A stretch of 64,000 bases of DNA from Isurus oxyrinchus (lineage: Eukaryota): assembly GCA_026770705.1 (NCBI GenBank), contig JANJGN010000502.1, forward strand, positions 310,001 through 374,000, read 5' to 3'. The position numbers and the translations under genes are program-made. The notes under the pieces were generated by a model. It had not been told where the DNA came from. It saw only the letters and a list, made by a program, of their open reading frames with translations, and ran no database searches. Below, in pieces: positions 36,949 through 49,329 of the stretch (positions are counted from its first letter, which is position 1; each line of letters opens with the position of its first letter).

Positions 36949-38968
36949 AGACCTGAACTGTGCAATATATATATTTCATATATGAAATCATAGAATACTT
37001 ACAGCAGAGAAAAAGCGTCTTCTTCCTACCCTGTCACTGCAACAACTCAACCTTTTCCCCGTAACCCTGCAATTTATATTGTCCGTCCTCGTTCTCCCTC
37101 CTAAACTGGGAATGAAAGAGAGAGAATGAAAGAGGAAGAGAAGTGATGGGTTTTGTAGATCTCAGGGAAAAGAGACTCCAGGAACAGTTCATGGTGACAG
37201 TTCACACAGCAACAAGAAAACAACATTCCCTGAGGAGGGCCAGCAGTGGGAGCGTGTTTAGTTCAAACACAGAAGACTTGTTCAGCCAATAACAGCATCG
37301 AGTGTGTTAGCCATAAACGTGAAGTGAACAGTGAGGTGAAATAGTGCCACAAGCTGTGGATGTGCAACTTTCAATTTCCAAGACCCACCCTCCTCATCAA
37401 TGCGGCTCCTCTGAAACTTTCAAGGTAAATGTTGATCCTTTATAAGGTGCCGTTCCCAGAACGAGACACAGTCCTCCAGGTGTGATCTAACCAGGGCTTT
37501 GTATAACTGCAGCAAACCTTTCCCTCTTTCCTATAACAGCCTCTGTAACAGGTTGTACAGACAGGTGGATTAGATTGTATCGATCAAATAAGAAAAATGA
37601 GGAGATGCTTCATCAGACTAAAATTCCTTTTCAAATTCCATTTGAAATGAACTTAATTTTTTTGAAAGCTGTGTAAGAATCCCCAGCCTAACTCTTCATG
37701 TCACTGGGCCAGGGAAACTTTGTTAACTTTCACACACTGAGCATGGACACGGCAGCAGCTCCTGCACCTCTTTCAATATTGTTTTTCTTAATTCAGAGTT
37801 TTCGAAAGGGAATTGGACAATGACTTGAAAGGGAGAAAAACGTTCAGGATGATGGAGAAAGAGAAGGAAATTGAGACTAATTGGAAAGAACATAGTAAGG
37901 TGCTGGTAATGATATGATGGTTTAAATGGTCTCCTCGCACACTCTGCCACTTTATGATGACATCATCAGATTAATTTGATCACAACATTTCTAAATTTGC
38001 CACCTGAATTCCATTTCTGTAAAACAAAGACCCAAAGTGCGGCAGCAGGACCTCACAGTTTAACATAGTGTGCAGGTGCCTCTGGCTTTGTCAGGTATTG
38101 TTCTGTAGGGGAGTGGTTATCACATGTGCATGAAATCACCAAGCCTCCTTAGACAGAACCTTCCAAGCTCACGACAATTACCATCTAGAAAAACAAGGAC
38201 AGCAGATAGATGGGAACACGACCACCTGGAATTTCTCCTGCAAGGCACTCACCATCTTGACTCGGAATTATGTCACTGTTTCTTCACTATTGCTGGGTCA
38301 AAATCCTGGAACTCCCTTCCTAACAGCACTCTGGGTGTACCTGCACCACGGGGACTGCTGCGTTTCAAGAAGGCAGCTCAGCAGCACCTTCTCAAGGGAT
38401 AATGAGATGGGCAATAAATGCTGGCCCAGCCAGCGAAGCCCACATCCCGAGAATGTATTACAAACTGTCTGCAGAATTAATCATAAATCTTCTTCTCATC
38501 CGTGTTACTAAGAGTTATTTCAGTTGCAAACATTCACTAAATTTGGAGTCTGAAACGGAACAATCATTGGCCAAATTGGCGATAATGTTGTTTTCTGGGT
38601 CTTTGTCTCTCCTTAGGCCTCTATCACTCTCGGTGTACATGTCCCTGTGTGTTCCTCTCTGTGTGTCAATGTGGTTCAGTCTCCCGAGCGGTTAAACACA
38701 TATTTTCCCATCACAAACGTTTTACACATTGGTTGTGCAGCTTCACCTTACAATGTAACAGAGAAAAGTATCCAGATGAAAGGGGAATTTGCAATGTTCT
38801 TACATCGCAGATCTTCACCTCTGTATTTGCTCTTGAGCTGTTGCAATTCTGAGGTCTGATACTAGCTTTTGCTCCATTCATTCTGGTAGAGGTGATATGC
38901 AGGGTTTCTACGTTTTTTATTACTCAAGGTCATCCTAGCGATTCGCCCTAAGTTATCAAATTCACTGG

Positions 38969-39040
38969 TTCCTAAGCAGGAATCGAACCCACGCCCTTGA
39001 CTATGAAATCGAAGAACCGGAGCTATTGGGCCACCACAGA
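38969..39040 (-). pseudogene. tRNA-Glu(TTC) pseudogene
   Basis: B box GGTTCGATTCC retained; stems decayed. Confidence 0.6.
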
Positions 39041-40245
39041 AGGTGCTCACAAGCCTCACAACCTGGGTAAGCCATGCTACCTGTGCCTTTTATTTCCATT
39101 TCAAATCTATTTCATTAGAGACACGTTTCTCCCCCAAATTGACACGTTTATATAAAACACAAACAACATCCATCGTCAGACAGTTCCGGGTTGTTATTGG
39201 GTCCTTAAGCGACAAAGAGAAAATAATCCAACTCTGCTGTTGCTCAGCGGGTTCCAACAGCAGTGATTTTTTTTATCTGAATATTAATTTAAAATATAAT
39301 TTAACAACTGACCAACCAGGTACCTACAAATCTATGAAATTATTGGTTTCAAATAGACCCGTTAATGATTCTCTCTTCCTCAGCTCCGCAGTGAGTGAGA
39401 CAGGGAAAAACAGAAAAGCAGCAATATTCCGGCCTCGCACTCTCCAATCAGCCGCTGCCAGCAAACAGATACATTCACTTTCCTGAGTGTTTATTCTGTG
39501 AAATGGTGAAGGGTGAATCTAAGACGCTTGTAAGTTACTGTGCTCAGTTAATATCCAACAACAAACAGGAACAAGGCAGTTTTCCTCTCACTTAAAAGGG
39601 CAAGTTTTGATATTGCTTCTGCATTAATAACTTATATTGATAAAGTGCATTTAATTTGTTGAAACGTCACGAGGCGTCCCCCGTGATCATTATATAACAA
39701 AGTGTGACACCGAGACTCATATTCGATCAGAATACTAAAAGCTCGGTCAAAGGGGGAGGCTTTAAAAACTGTCTTAAAGGAGCAAAGTATCGATTTAATG
39801 TTCCAGCTAACAGCAATAGTTCTTCTCATTGGTGAAAGAAGTCTCCTGTGTTCAACCTAAACAGAGCAATTAGTCGGAGAAAGTTCTCTCTGGTGAAAAG
39901 ATCGGGAATGAAAAAAAAAGTGGAAAGTAACCTCTAAATGCCAAATGTCAAACCTTTCTGGTACTTTCCCTTATGTCTCATGACTGGGGATCGGCGCTTC
40001 CATTGGCCCACAGCGAATAGGGTGGAGGGTTTGGAAATTGAAAGTTACGCATGAGCAGCTTGTGGGACTATTTCACCTCACTGTCGATTTCATGTTCCAG
40101 CTCACAGAAACCGTTGTTTTTATTGGCTGAAGAATTCGTTTGTGTTAAGGCTAAACAGGCAGTTTTGTGGTGAAAGAGATCTGAACTGAAAAACAATACC
40201 CAAAAGCAGCGTGGATAAGCCAAATCTAAAAACAGTTTGATAGAT

Positions 40246-40317
40246 TGCCAGGGGGTCTAGTGGTTAGGATTCGGTGCTTTCACCGCAGCGGCCCGGGTTC
40301 CATTCCCGGTCAGGAAA
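40246..40317 (+). tRNA. tRNA-Glu(TTC), acceptor stem mutated (probable pseudogene)
   Basis: GGTCTAGTGGTTAGGATTCGGTGCTTTCACCGCAGCGGCCCGGGTTCCATTCCCGGTCAGG. Confidence 0.8.
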
Positions 40318-41310
40318 TTAAGGTTTGTTGAGTGTAGTCACTTTCTGTTTTCAGACAGCCCCACCGAGAGTTAAAGTTTAGCGTCACAGCAAGAAATGTC
40401 ACACTTCGAACTAGTCGAGAACAAACAGTAGGGAAGAAGGGCTGGTTGCAAGGCGAAATATGGGTGGGAGAAGGACGAATGTTACTGTCTCCCATTTGTA
40501 CCGGCGCAGATATCACTTCTGATCAATCAATTCCGCTTTGAAAGCAGCGCGCCGGGCCCAATGGGCTCTTTCTACGCTGTAATTTTCTATAATGTTATGT
40601 TTCCCAACACCGCCAACACTGCCACTTTATAACCCACTCTAGCGAAATGCGCTTTCTTACCTTGTATTCGGCTCGTCGAAACCAAAACACGGAGCAAATT
40701 CACCGAGTTTTCCTGTCATTTTCAGCACGAGATTCATCACGAGACTAAATGAGCGACACATTAATGGTGCCAATCCTTCACTGGAGCTCACCGTGTCCAA
40801 AGAGCCTGTTATCATCAGCCTGTTAGGCACCTTCCTGCAGTACATCTGCTGAACAAATATAAGCTTATCACAGCTCTGCTTTCTCCACATTGAAATCCAG
40901 TGTAAAAAATGTGAACAATTTCAAAGCTGATTAACGTAGACAAGACTGGAAGGAGAGTGTGACTGTGGATAATCGGCACTGTGCACATTCCTGTAATCAG
41001 TATCTGGTAGAATCAGGAATTTGAGATCCTGGTGTGTCTTTACTCTATGGTCTGCAAACCTATCGTGTTGTGTCTTACATTCTCACGAACTGACTGTGTC
41101 TGCATCAAGCAGCTAATTGACCTGGGAGCTGTACGGGCAGACGGAGCTGGAGGTGAGACAAGGACAGAAGCAGAAAGAAACGCGACATTAAAGTGTTTTG
41201 AATTTGATGTCTGTCAGTTGGTGCCAATGGTGATTTTCTGCCTTGTAGGTGCCACTGAATGAGGTTGTGTTTTTTTTGTTTTAGAGCATCAAGATTGCAA
41301 ATGACAACAG

Positions 41311-41383
41311 CCCCGAGCATGGGGCTCCAACACATGACCCTGAAATTAAGCTTTTTATATTCTATTGACTGAGGTAGCCGGGA
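41311..41383 (-). pseudogene. tRNA-Lys(CTT) pseudogene
   Basis: CCCGGCTACCTCAGTC...CTTAATTTCAGGGTCATG...GAGCCCCA. Confidence 0.65.
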
Positions 41384-41957
41384 ATGGGGGAAGGAATCCT
41401 TCATATCCCAACACATATGGCGACAGACGTTTTTTTTTCCACCTGGAGCCTCAGCTTGTTCTGAATCTTAGAGTGGAGAAGGGAATCGACCGACAAATGC
41501 CCCAAGGTTGCAATGCATTCCTCTCAATCTCAATAACATCATTCTCATCTTCCACTTCTTAGATGTACCTCCTTCCAAACATTGCAAACTCTCTCTTTCA
41601 TCTTTCATCCTGATATTTGTCTCTACCATTTTAACATGAAGTTGCACAACTAATTTAAATAAAGTTAGTGATGGTAAAAATGTGTTCGCCCCTCGGGGAA
41701 CTGACTCACAGTGACACACTCAGAGGAACACGCACAAACATATGCACTGAGAGTGACAGAGGGCAAGGGTTTGTCTCTAAGGAGAGGCAAATATCCAGAA
41801 AGCAAGCATGAAGCCAAGTTTTATTCCAGTTCCAAGTTTCGTGAGTGTTTTCGTGAATGAACAGAAATAGAAACCCCCCCAAGTGTTTGGATAGATTTTA
41901 TTCAATTTAACCGATAATTAACTCTGTCAACACACTTTAAACCAGGAATAATGAGAA

Positions 41958-42013
41958 GCGGGGAATCCCAATGGACTTGGGCTGCATCACCTAAACCAAT
42001 CGGCCATGACAAC
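41958..42013 (-). pseudogene. 3'-truncated tRNA-Ser remnant
   Basis: Same truncation junction (cttctcattattcctgg) as the copy at 55430-55490 (+). Confidence 0.5.
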
Positions 42014-42694
42014 TGGCTCCGTGCACAGGTTAAAGTCGATGGTATAAAATCATAAATATTTACAGCAGAGGAAGATGACATTCAGCTCATTTTGACAATG
42101 CTGACTGATGGCAAAAGGCATTCAGCTAATTTGAAAACCCCGCATTTTCTCCACTGCAATTTAAATTTATATTGTCACTCCTCGTTCTTCCTGTTGAAAT
42201 GAAGCATGACAGGCATCTATTTTGACAGTGAGCTGGCACCTTTTGCATCATTCGCGTTTGTAGTTGTATGTTAAGTGAATGTAATATCTCTCAGTCACAT
42301 TACATTTCCTCTTCACCATTTCACAGGATAAACCCTCAGCAAAGTGAGAAAATCTTTCAGCTGGCAGCGGGTGATTGGAGAGTGGGGGGTCGGAATATTG
42401 CTACTTTTCTGCTTTTCCCTGTCTCACTCACTGTGGAGCTGAGAAAGAGAGAATCATTGACGGGTTTGTTTGACTCCAATAATTTCACACGTGTCCAATG
42501 AGTTAGATGGAATTACATAGTCGTTTATTGTATTTTATTGTGTTTGAAATGAACATTCAAAACTAAAACATCGGTGTGGGAACACTGTGGTTAAGGGTAA
42601 TGTTTGCGGGATAATTTCTTGCAGCTCAAGTAGCCAATGAGAGCCCGGAACTGAGTGACAATGAAAGCTGATAGGGAGAAAAAAGTGAAATCTT

Positions 42695-42768
42695 CGTCCC
42701 TGGGTGGTTCCAAACCACCAACTTTTCAGTTAATAATCGAACGTACTAAGCAATTGCGCCACAGAGAT
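42695..42768 (-). pseudogene. tRNA-Asn pseudogene (GTT changed to ATT)
   Basis: TCTCTGTGGCGCAAT...GTTGGTGGTTTGGAACCACCCAGGGACG. Confidence 0.75.
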
Positions 42769-43948
42769 TGACGTAAGGCTGATGTGCCAGCTTTCCTAAC
42801 CCAGGGTGTCAGCGAGTTTAAGCTTCAGATTGCTGCTACCGGGAGGACAATTATTCTCTTCATTTTTTCTCAAGAGAGGGACATTCACTGCGGATACATG
42901 GAAACAGTCTGATCCCACCCACTCCAGGCACATCCATGTCACCGGGAACCAGCTCTCTGACAACAGGTGCCGTCTCCCTTCGAGCCTTTCGGCGTCTTGT
43001 CTGTTACCAAGTATTCTCATTGCCCTGAAGCCGATGTTAGGTTTGAATTCCTGATGTGCAGTAACGAGAATCATTTCAATCTCTCAGGTCAGATAACTTC
43101 ACTGATAACATCAGAGTTAATGTTCCAGCGTCTTAAAGAAGGGAAAGTTTCCTTGAATGTCTCTGGTCAGTCGAACTGATCACCCTTCATTGCTCCTCGG
43201 ATTCCGGTTCCCAAAGAGTTTCTAAAGATTCACAAAGCTGGACACTGGGTTTTCTGTTTTGGTTCCTTCTCCATTTTCCGCTGCTAACTGGCAATATTTT
43301 CCAAATATTGAGGAGAGACAGCAAAGTGGCCTCGAGACCACAATCAGATCCGCCATGATCTTACTGAATGGCAGAGCGGGGTCAAAGGGCTGAATGGCCT
43401 CCTCCTGATCCTCATTCTTCTCTTTCCTGTGACACAGCCCGGATCAACCCCTGCCTTCAGAATTAATGGTCAGTTAAATGAAATAAAAACCATCCAACTA
43501 TTTCCGTGTTTCTTATTAACATTCACTAAATTTTCAGTCTGAAATGGGACAATAATTGGCCATGAAGGTGGCATCGTTGTTTTCTGGGTGTTTGTCACTC
43601 TCGGTGTAAAGGTCTGTGTGTGTCAAAGAGGTTCAGTTTACGAGGGGTTGAACACATTTTCACCATCACAAACTTTAGTCATATTAGTTGTGCAGTTTCA
43701 CAGTTAAATGTTACAGAGAAAAATATCAAGATGATAGATTGAAGAGGGGTTTGCAATGTTTGGAAGGAGGTGCAGCTAAGAAGTGGAAGGTGTGAATGAT
43801 GTTATTGATGATTGAGGGAATGTATTGCAACCTTGGGGCTTTTGGAGGTCGATCACCTTTGAAATTCAGAACAAGCTGATGCTTGAGGTCGAAAACAATA
43901 GTGATCTCCATGGACGTTGGGGTGTGGAATACTTCGCTCTTCTTACAT

Positions 43949-44021
43949 GCCTGGCGAGTTCAGTCGACAGCGGCTGAGGCTCTTAATGCCAGGTTATTGG
44001 GTTTGCGACCTATGATCAGTG
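43949..44021 (+). pseudogene. tRNA-Lys(CTT) pseudogene
   Basis: GCCTGGCGAGTTCAGTCG...GAGGCTCTTAATGCCAGG. Confidence 0.55.
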
Positions 44022-45609
44022 AAATTCCTTTTTTAAACTTTGCTGCTTTCATGGGTGATCCCAGGTCTCCATTCCTCTGGCAGTGTCACCGCTCAAAGTG
44101 AGTCTTTCTCCATCCCACTTTGTTAATATCACAGCTGCTGGTTTCTGAGTGAAAACTGCTCTCTGCGTCATTGAAAGTCAGAGTATTTAATTCTGAGTAT
44201 TTGGTGCTTTCACCACTGCAGCCTAGGTTTAATTCTCGTACAGGGAAAACCTTTTCCATTTTGTTGTGTGAACTGTCACAATGAACAGGAATTCCTTATT
44301 GAATGAAATCACATCTGGCAGCGTCTGTGGAGTGAGAAAGATTTAATCTTTCAGCTGGATGAACCTTCATCGGAGCTGGAAAAGTCAGAGATGTGACAAG
44401 TGGAAAACAAGTCCAGAGGCTGGAGGGAGGGGAGTGAAAGGACAAAAGGGAAGGACTGTGATAGGTTACAAGGCATGAGAGAGAAACTGACTAAAGGGAT
44501 GATGGTGCAACATGTGGGTGGGAATGGGACAGATTTTTCTTCCAGCTGTTCAAACTGGGACAAATTTCACTGATCAACCAATCACAACTGCTCTTTCAAA
44601 GCAGCAGGCCGGGCCGAATGGCCTCTTTCTGTGCTGTAACTTTCTATAATTGTTTCATTTCCATATCACTGCTGCTGCCTTCACAATCATTCCATCATCT
44701 TACAACCCATTCCATCAAAATCCACCTTCTTCCCTTGTGTTCAGCACCTTTAAGGTAATGGGACTGAGTAAATTCAGTGGGAAATTTCCTTCTCATTTAG
44801 CACGAGATTTGGAAACAGATCTGGGAAATATTTGTGTCAGTGCAAACAATAAAATCTCCCCTATCACCTGTACATCTTCCCATGCACCACCATCTCTATG
44901 GTCACTGCTTTTCAGCCTATCACAACCCTTCTCTGATTCCCTATCTTCACCTCTGTATTTGTTCTCGACCTGGTGCACGGGTGACATTTCCGGTTCTGAT
45001 GCAAAACTCCAGCTCTCACTCCGCTGATTCAGGCGGAGCTGATATGCGTTTTCAGTTTTCAATCAGGAAGTGATGCACATTTATTTAAATCATTCGCAGG
45101 ACATTTATAAACGCTGAATCCTAACCACTAGACCCACAGGCTTGCAAATTCACAGCCCGGCTTATCCATGCTACCTGTGCATTTTATTTTCATTTCACAT
45201 CGTTTTCACCAGAGAGACTTTTCTCCCACAAAATGATACGTCTATACAGGATACAAACGATTTCTTCAGCCAATGCCAGCAGCGATTGCTGATAGCTGGA
45301 GCAGCATTCATTGTCACACAATCCCGGGTTGTCATTGGGCCCTTCAGCGACAAAAGAGGACAGAAATCGCCAACTCTCCTGTTACACAGCGAGTTCCAAC
45401 AGATGTGTTTTTATAGAATATTCGTTTTGAATATTCTCCACTCACCGGCTGCCAATTGAAGGATATCCTCACTTTGCTGAGTGTCCACTTTCTTAAAAGA
45501 CGAAGAGTAAGTGTAATACGAATGTGAGATTCTGCATTCAGCTAATATTCAACAAAAAGCCAGGAACAAAGCAACTTTCCCTCTCGCCGAATTGAACAAG
45601 TTTCAATAA

Positions 45610-45681
45610 TGTTTCTGCCTGTTTTTGACCGGGGACCTTTCGCGTGTAAGGCGAATGTGATAACCACTACACTACAGAAAC
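45610..45681 (-). tRNA. tRNA-Val (AAC/CAC-type body, TAC anticodon), T-loop damaged
   Basis: GTTTCTGTAGTGTAGTGGTTATCACATTCGCCT-TAC-ACGCGAAAGGTCCCCGGTCAAAAACAGGCAGAAACA. Confidence 0.75.
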
Positions 45682-46339
45682 TTCATACACCATGAGTCAA
45701 GTGCACCTGACTAAAATGCAGTTCCACAGCAGCACTTTGGGTCCATGTTTTGAAGAAATGGAATTCGGCTGTTCTCATCAGGAATGCTGCAGACAGACTG
45801 ATCAACAATGTCATCATCAAATGGCACAGCGTGTTGGAGAATCATTAGATCATCGCAGCTTCTTTTTTAAAGAGCAATCAATTAGTCTCAACATTCTTCT
45901 CTCTTTCCATAAGCCTCAATTTCTCTATTTCAAGTAACTGTCACTTTTGAAGAAGAAGTTTCTGCAGAATCCATGCATAGTTTTCCTGACCCAGTGACAT
46001 GGAGATTTGGACTTGGGTTCCTTCCAGACCCTCGAGGAGTTGATCCTAATCCCAGCGCTGCCACAATTTGTGTCACATTCCCACTTTTGCGCACTTTAGG
46101 AATTCCCTGTCGGAGAACAAGAGGGGGCTCTAGTTTAATATAGGGCGGGTTGTGGTCCTTTATGTTGTTTGGAAAAGCATGGAGAGGCAATACAAATATA
46201 AATTGTTGGGGTAAAGGCGGGTGTGTGGAATCGGTAGAGCTGCTCTTCCAGAGAGCCAGCACAGACACGATGGGCCGATTGACTTATTTTGCAGTCACCT
46301 CTGATTTCATAAGGACACATTTGAGCTCGTGAGCAGCTG

Positions 46340-46420
46340 TTAGTCGAGCTGAATATTTAAGGTGACGGAGTTGAAATCCATTGGGGTCTCCCCCTGTAGG
46401 TTTGAATCCTGCTGACTACA
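46340..46420 (+). pseudogene. tRNA-Ser(TGA) pseudogene
   Basis: TTGAAATCCATTGGGGTCTCCCC...AGGTTTGAATCCTGCTGACTAC. Confidence 0.72.
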
Positions 46421-46682
46421 GTTCACATTCTTCCTCATTTTAACCAGGTGCCGCCAACCTCATCCCTGCGGCTCCTGTGAAACTGACAAGGCGACACACG
46501 GCAGAAATTCATCTCTGAAAGTTACTGACACACATCAAATTCTGCTGCTTTCAGTCGTATCTTTTAACTTCCTGTTCTCCATCTCAGATATTTTCACGTC
46601 TACCAAATGTCACCCACCTGGGACTTAGCATCTACCTCAGTCTATTGAATATGGTCGACTTTCCCGTGTGGTCTTAGCTGGT

Positions 46683-46755
46683 GGCTCCATGGCTCAGTGG
46701 TTGGAGCACTGCTCTTGTAAACCAGGGTTTGTGAGTTTGACCTTCATTAGAGCCC
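46683..46755 (+). pseudogene. tRNA-Thr(TGT) pseudogene
   Basis: GGCTCCATGGCTCAGTGGTTGGAGCACTGCTCTTGTAAACCAGGG; T arm decayed. Confidence 0.75.
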
Positions 46756-46814
46756 ACCATTAATCTTTAGCTGAGAATACAAAGCTGAAAAACTGCAGAA
46801 CAATATATAAGAAG

Positions 46815-48123
46815 AAAAAGCAAAGTACTGTGGTGAAGTATTTTGCTTTTAAGTTAAAGTACTGTGGATGCTGGAAATCTGAAGTAAAAACTCAGCATCT
46901 GGCAGCATCTATGAAGAGAGAAACAGAGTCAACGTATCGAGTCCATGTGATCTTCTTCAGAGCTAAAGAGAAGCAGAAATGTTTACTGTTTTATACTGTT
47001 TACGAGGGCGTGTGGTGGAGCAGTTGGGGAGGTCAAGAGGAATTGGCAAAGATATTATGTGCACAAGATAAAGGGAGTGTTGATGGTAGCGGTAAGGGCT
47101 AAAATGGTGCTGATAATTGCTAAAAGGTAAGAAAGCAGAATGTGTGAATAGCAGAATAAGGATCAGCACTCTGTGAAAGAACAACATAGAGCAATGACAG
47201 ATGGCCCTTTAGGGGCCTCTCTCCTCACCTTCCAAGTGCCCAAACATTCCTTTCAGGTGAAGCAGCGCGTCATGTGCACCTCCAATTTGGTCCATTTCAT
47301 TCACTGCTCCCAATGGGGTCTCCCCTACATTGGAGAGACCAAACGCAGACTGGCCGACCTCTTTGTGGAACATCTTCAGTCTGTCTGTAAGCATGACCCA
47401 GACCACCCTGTCATTTGCCATTTCAACACTCCACCCTGCTGTCATGCGCACATGTCTGTCCTTGGCTTGCTACATTGTTCCAGTGAAGCTCAACACAAAC
47501 TGGAGGAACAGCACCTCATCTTCCGACTAGGAACTTTGTAGTCTTCCGATGTAACATGAAGTTCAGCAGCTTCAGATCATGAACTCTCTCCTTCATTTTC
47601 ACCCTTTTTAAAATCTCTTTATAAAAAAGCATTTTATTAACTTATTTTTCATTCATTTATTCATTATTTCACCCCAACCCCTTTTATTATCCCCTTTTCT
47701 ATCTTTTTTCCCCAACTATCTCCCCCTCCCACATCCCATCCCCAAAAGGGCCAGCTGTTACTTGTTCCATGTTGTTTTTTTTCACAGAGCGCTGAACCTT
47801 GTTCTGCTATTCACATATCCTGCTTTCTTACCTTTATGTCACTATCAGCACCTTCTTCAGCCATTACCATTACAATTAACATCCCCTTTGTCTTGTGTCC
47901 AGGGCATCTTTGTCAGTCTCTCCTTAGCCCCCACCTACCACTGACCTTCTATCCAGAATCACCTGCTCCACCCATCCAGCCCCGCTTAAACAGGAGAATT
48001 CAAACAATTTCTACTTTTCTTCATCTCTGAAGAAGAGTTATACGGATTCGAACATTAACATTGTTTCCCTCTCCACCGAGTCTGTGAGACCTGTTGAGTT
48101 TTTCCAGGAATTTCTCTTTTTAT
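46815..48123. mobile_element. Older palindromic Penelope-like insertion (inverted terminus + GIY-YIG fragment + terminus)
   Basis: GIY-YIG remnant PYIGETKRRL (47206-47541); hammerhead-like cores at ~46927-46964 (-) and ~48027-48060 (+); perfect 13-bp TSD AATATATAAGAAG at 46802-46814 and 48124-48136. Confidence 0.88.
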
Positions 48124-48314
48124 AATATATAAGAAGTGACTGGACAACAAGGTGGAAGACAGAGAAAAATGTAGCAAAGACTGAAGTAACTCAGTCAGTC
48201 GTAGTAATTTTTAAAAAGCAACAAAGCAGAACACGTTTGAAAAGGTGAGAAAGACGTGCTGATTTTCAAAGAGACTCGGCTGCACTTGTGCAAAGAACGC
48301 CGAAAGTTACATCA

Positions 48315-48377
48315 GTCCCTATAGCACAATTGATCAGCGTGTTCGACTAACTGAAAGTTAGGTGGTTCTCAGGGACG
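48315..48377 (+). pseudogene. tRNA-Asn pseudogene with deletions
   Basis: GTCCCTATAGCACAAT...GGTGGTTCTCAGGGACG. Confidence 0.6.
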
Positions 48378-48916
48378 AAGTTTCCAATGTTTTTTCCTCC
48401 CATCAACATTCATTGTCCCACAGATTTGGGTTGTCAACGGCGGCAAGAAATGTTTCCGCAAGTGTTTCCAGTTCTACTGCTCTGCAGTGAGGTTTGAACC
48501 AGAGAATCTTCCCCATGTAAAGCAAATGTGATAACCATTGGAGTTCAAAAACTACACACAGCTCCATGCATAACGACCTAGAATATTAAATTTTGCTGTC
48601 TTATTGCAGTTCCGAACCTTGTTTTGTGTAAGTACAATTCGGCTGAGAACCTGAGCCCTGCGGCAGAGAAATTGATTGAACATTAGAATCATCAGATGGC
48701 ACAGCACATAAGCAATTCATTCAACACCTCAAACATGTGCGAACAGCCTTACAGCAAATCCGTCCCCATCTTTCTCTCTTTTTGCCGAGCCATGCACTTT
48801 TCAGAAAACTATTCAAAACCTGGAGAAAGATAAATCTCACTTTGTTTTGAGATGATGCATCCAGTTACTATTTAACAACAAACGGTGCAACCATTCCTCA
48901 CACTTAATTCTGTTAA

Positions 48917-49320
48917 TGCTTCCCCATTTCGAACTGGGAAACCTTCTGTGGTGAGAGACCATGATCCCTACTACCCTACACAAACCCTGCAATGTAACGG
49001 GGAAACTTTCCATGTGTGGGAGACCATAATCCCTACTACTCTACACAAACGCTGCAATGTAGCGGGGAAACTTTCCTTGTGTGGGAGACCATGATCCCTA
49101 CTACTCTACACAAACCCTGCACTGTAGCGGGGAAACTTTCCGTGTGTGGGATACCATGATCCATACTACTCTACACAAACCCTGCAATGTAGCGGGGAAA
49201 CTTTCCGTGTGTGGGAGACTGTGATGCCTACTACCCTTCCGAAACCCTGCAATATAGTGGGGAAACTTTCGGTGTGTGAGAGACCGTGATCCCTATTAGC
49301 CTACAGAAACCCTGCAATGT
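48917..49320 (-). repeat. Six-copy 65-bp minisatellite derived from tRNA-Val
   Basis: 'atgatcccta' register at 48961, 49026, 49091, 49156, 49221 and 49286; the unit aligns to the 5' ~52 nt of tRNA-Val. Confidence 0.9.
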
Positions 49321-49329
49321 GAAAAGTTT

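Noticed and set aside
42796-43179. Duplicated segment (also 53364-53803) as a protein-coding exon
   Set aside because: Reading frames are not conserved between the two copies; it behaves as tRNA-Asn flank.
48917-49320. CRISPR-like regular array
   Set aside because: No unique spacers; it is a pure tandem repeat of tRNA-Val origin in vertebrate DNA.
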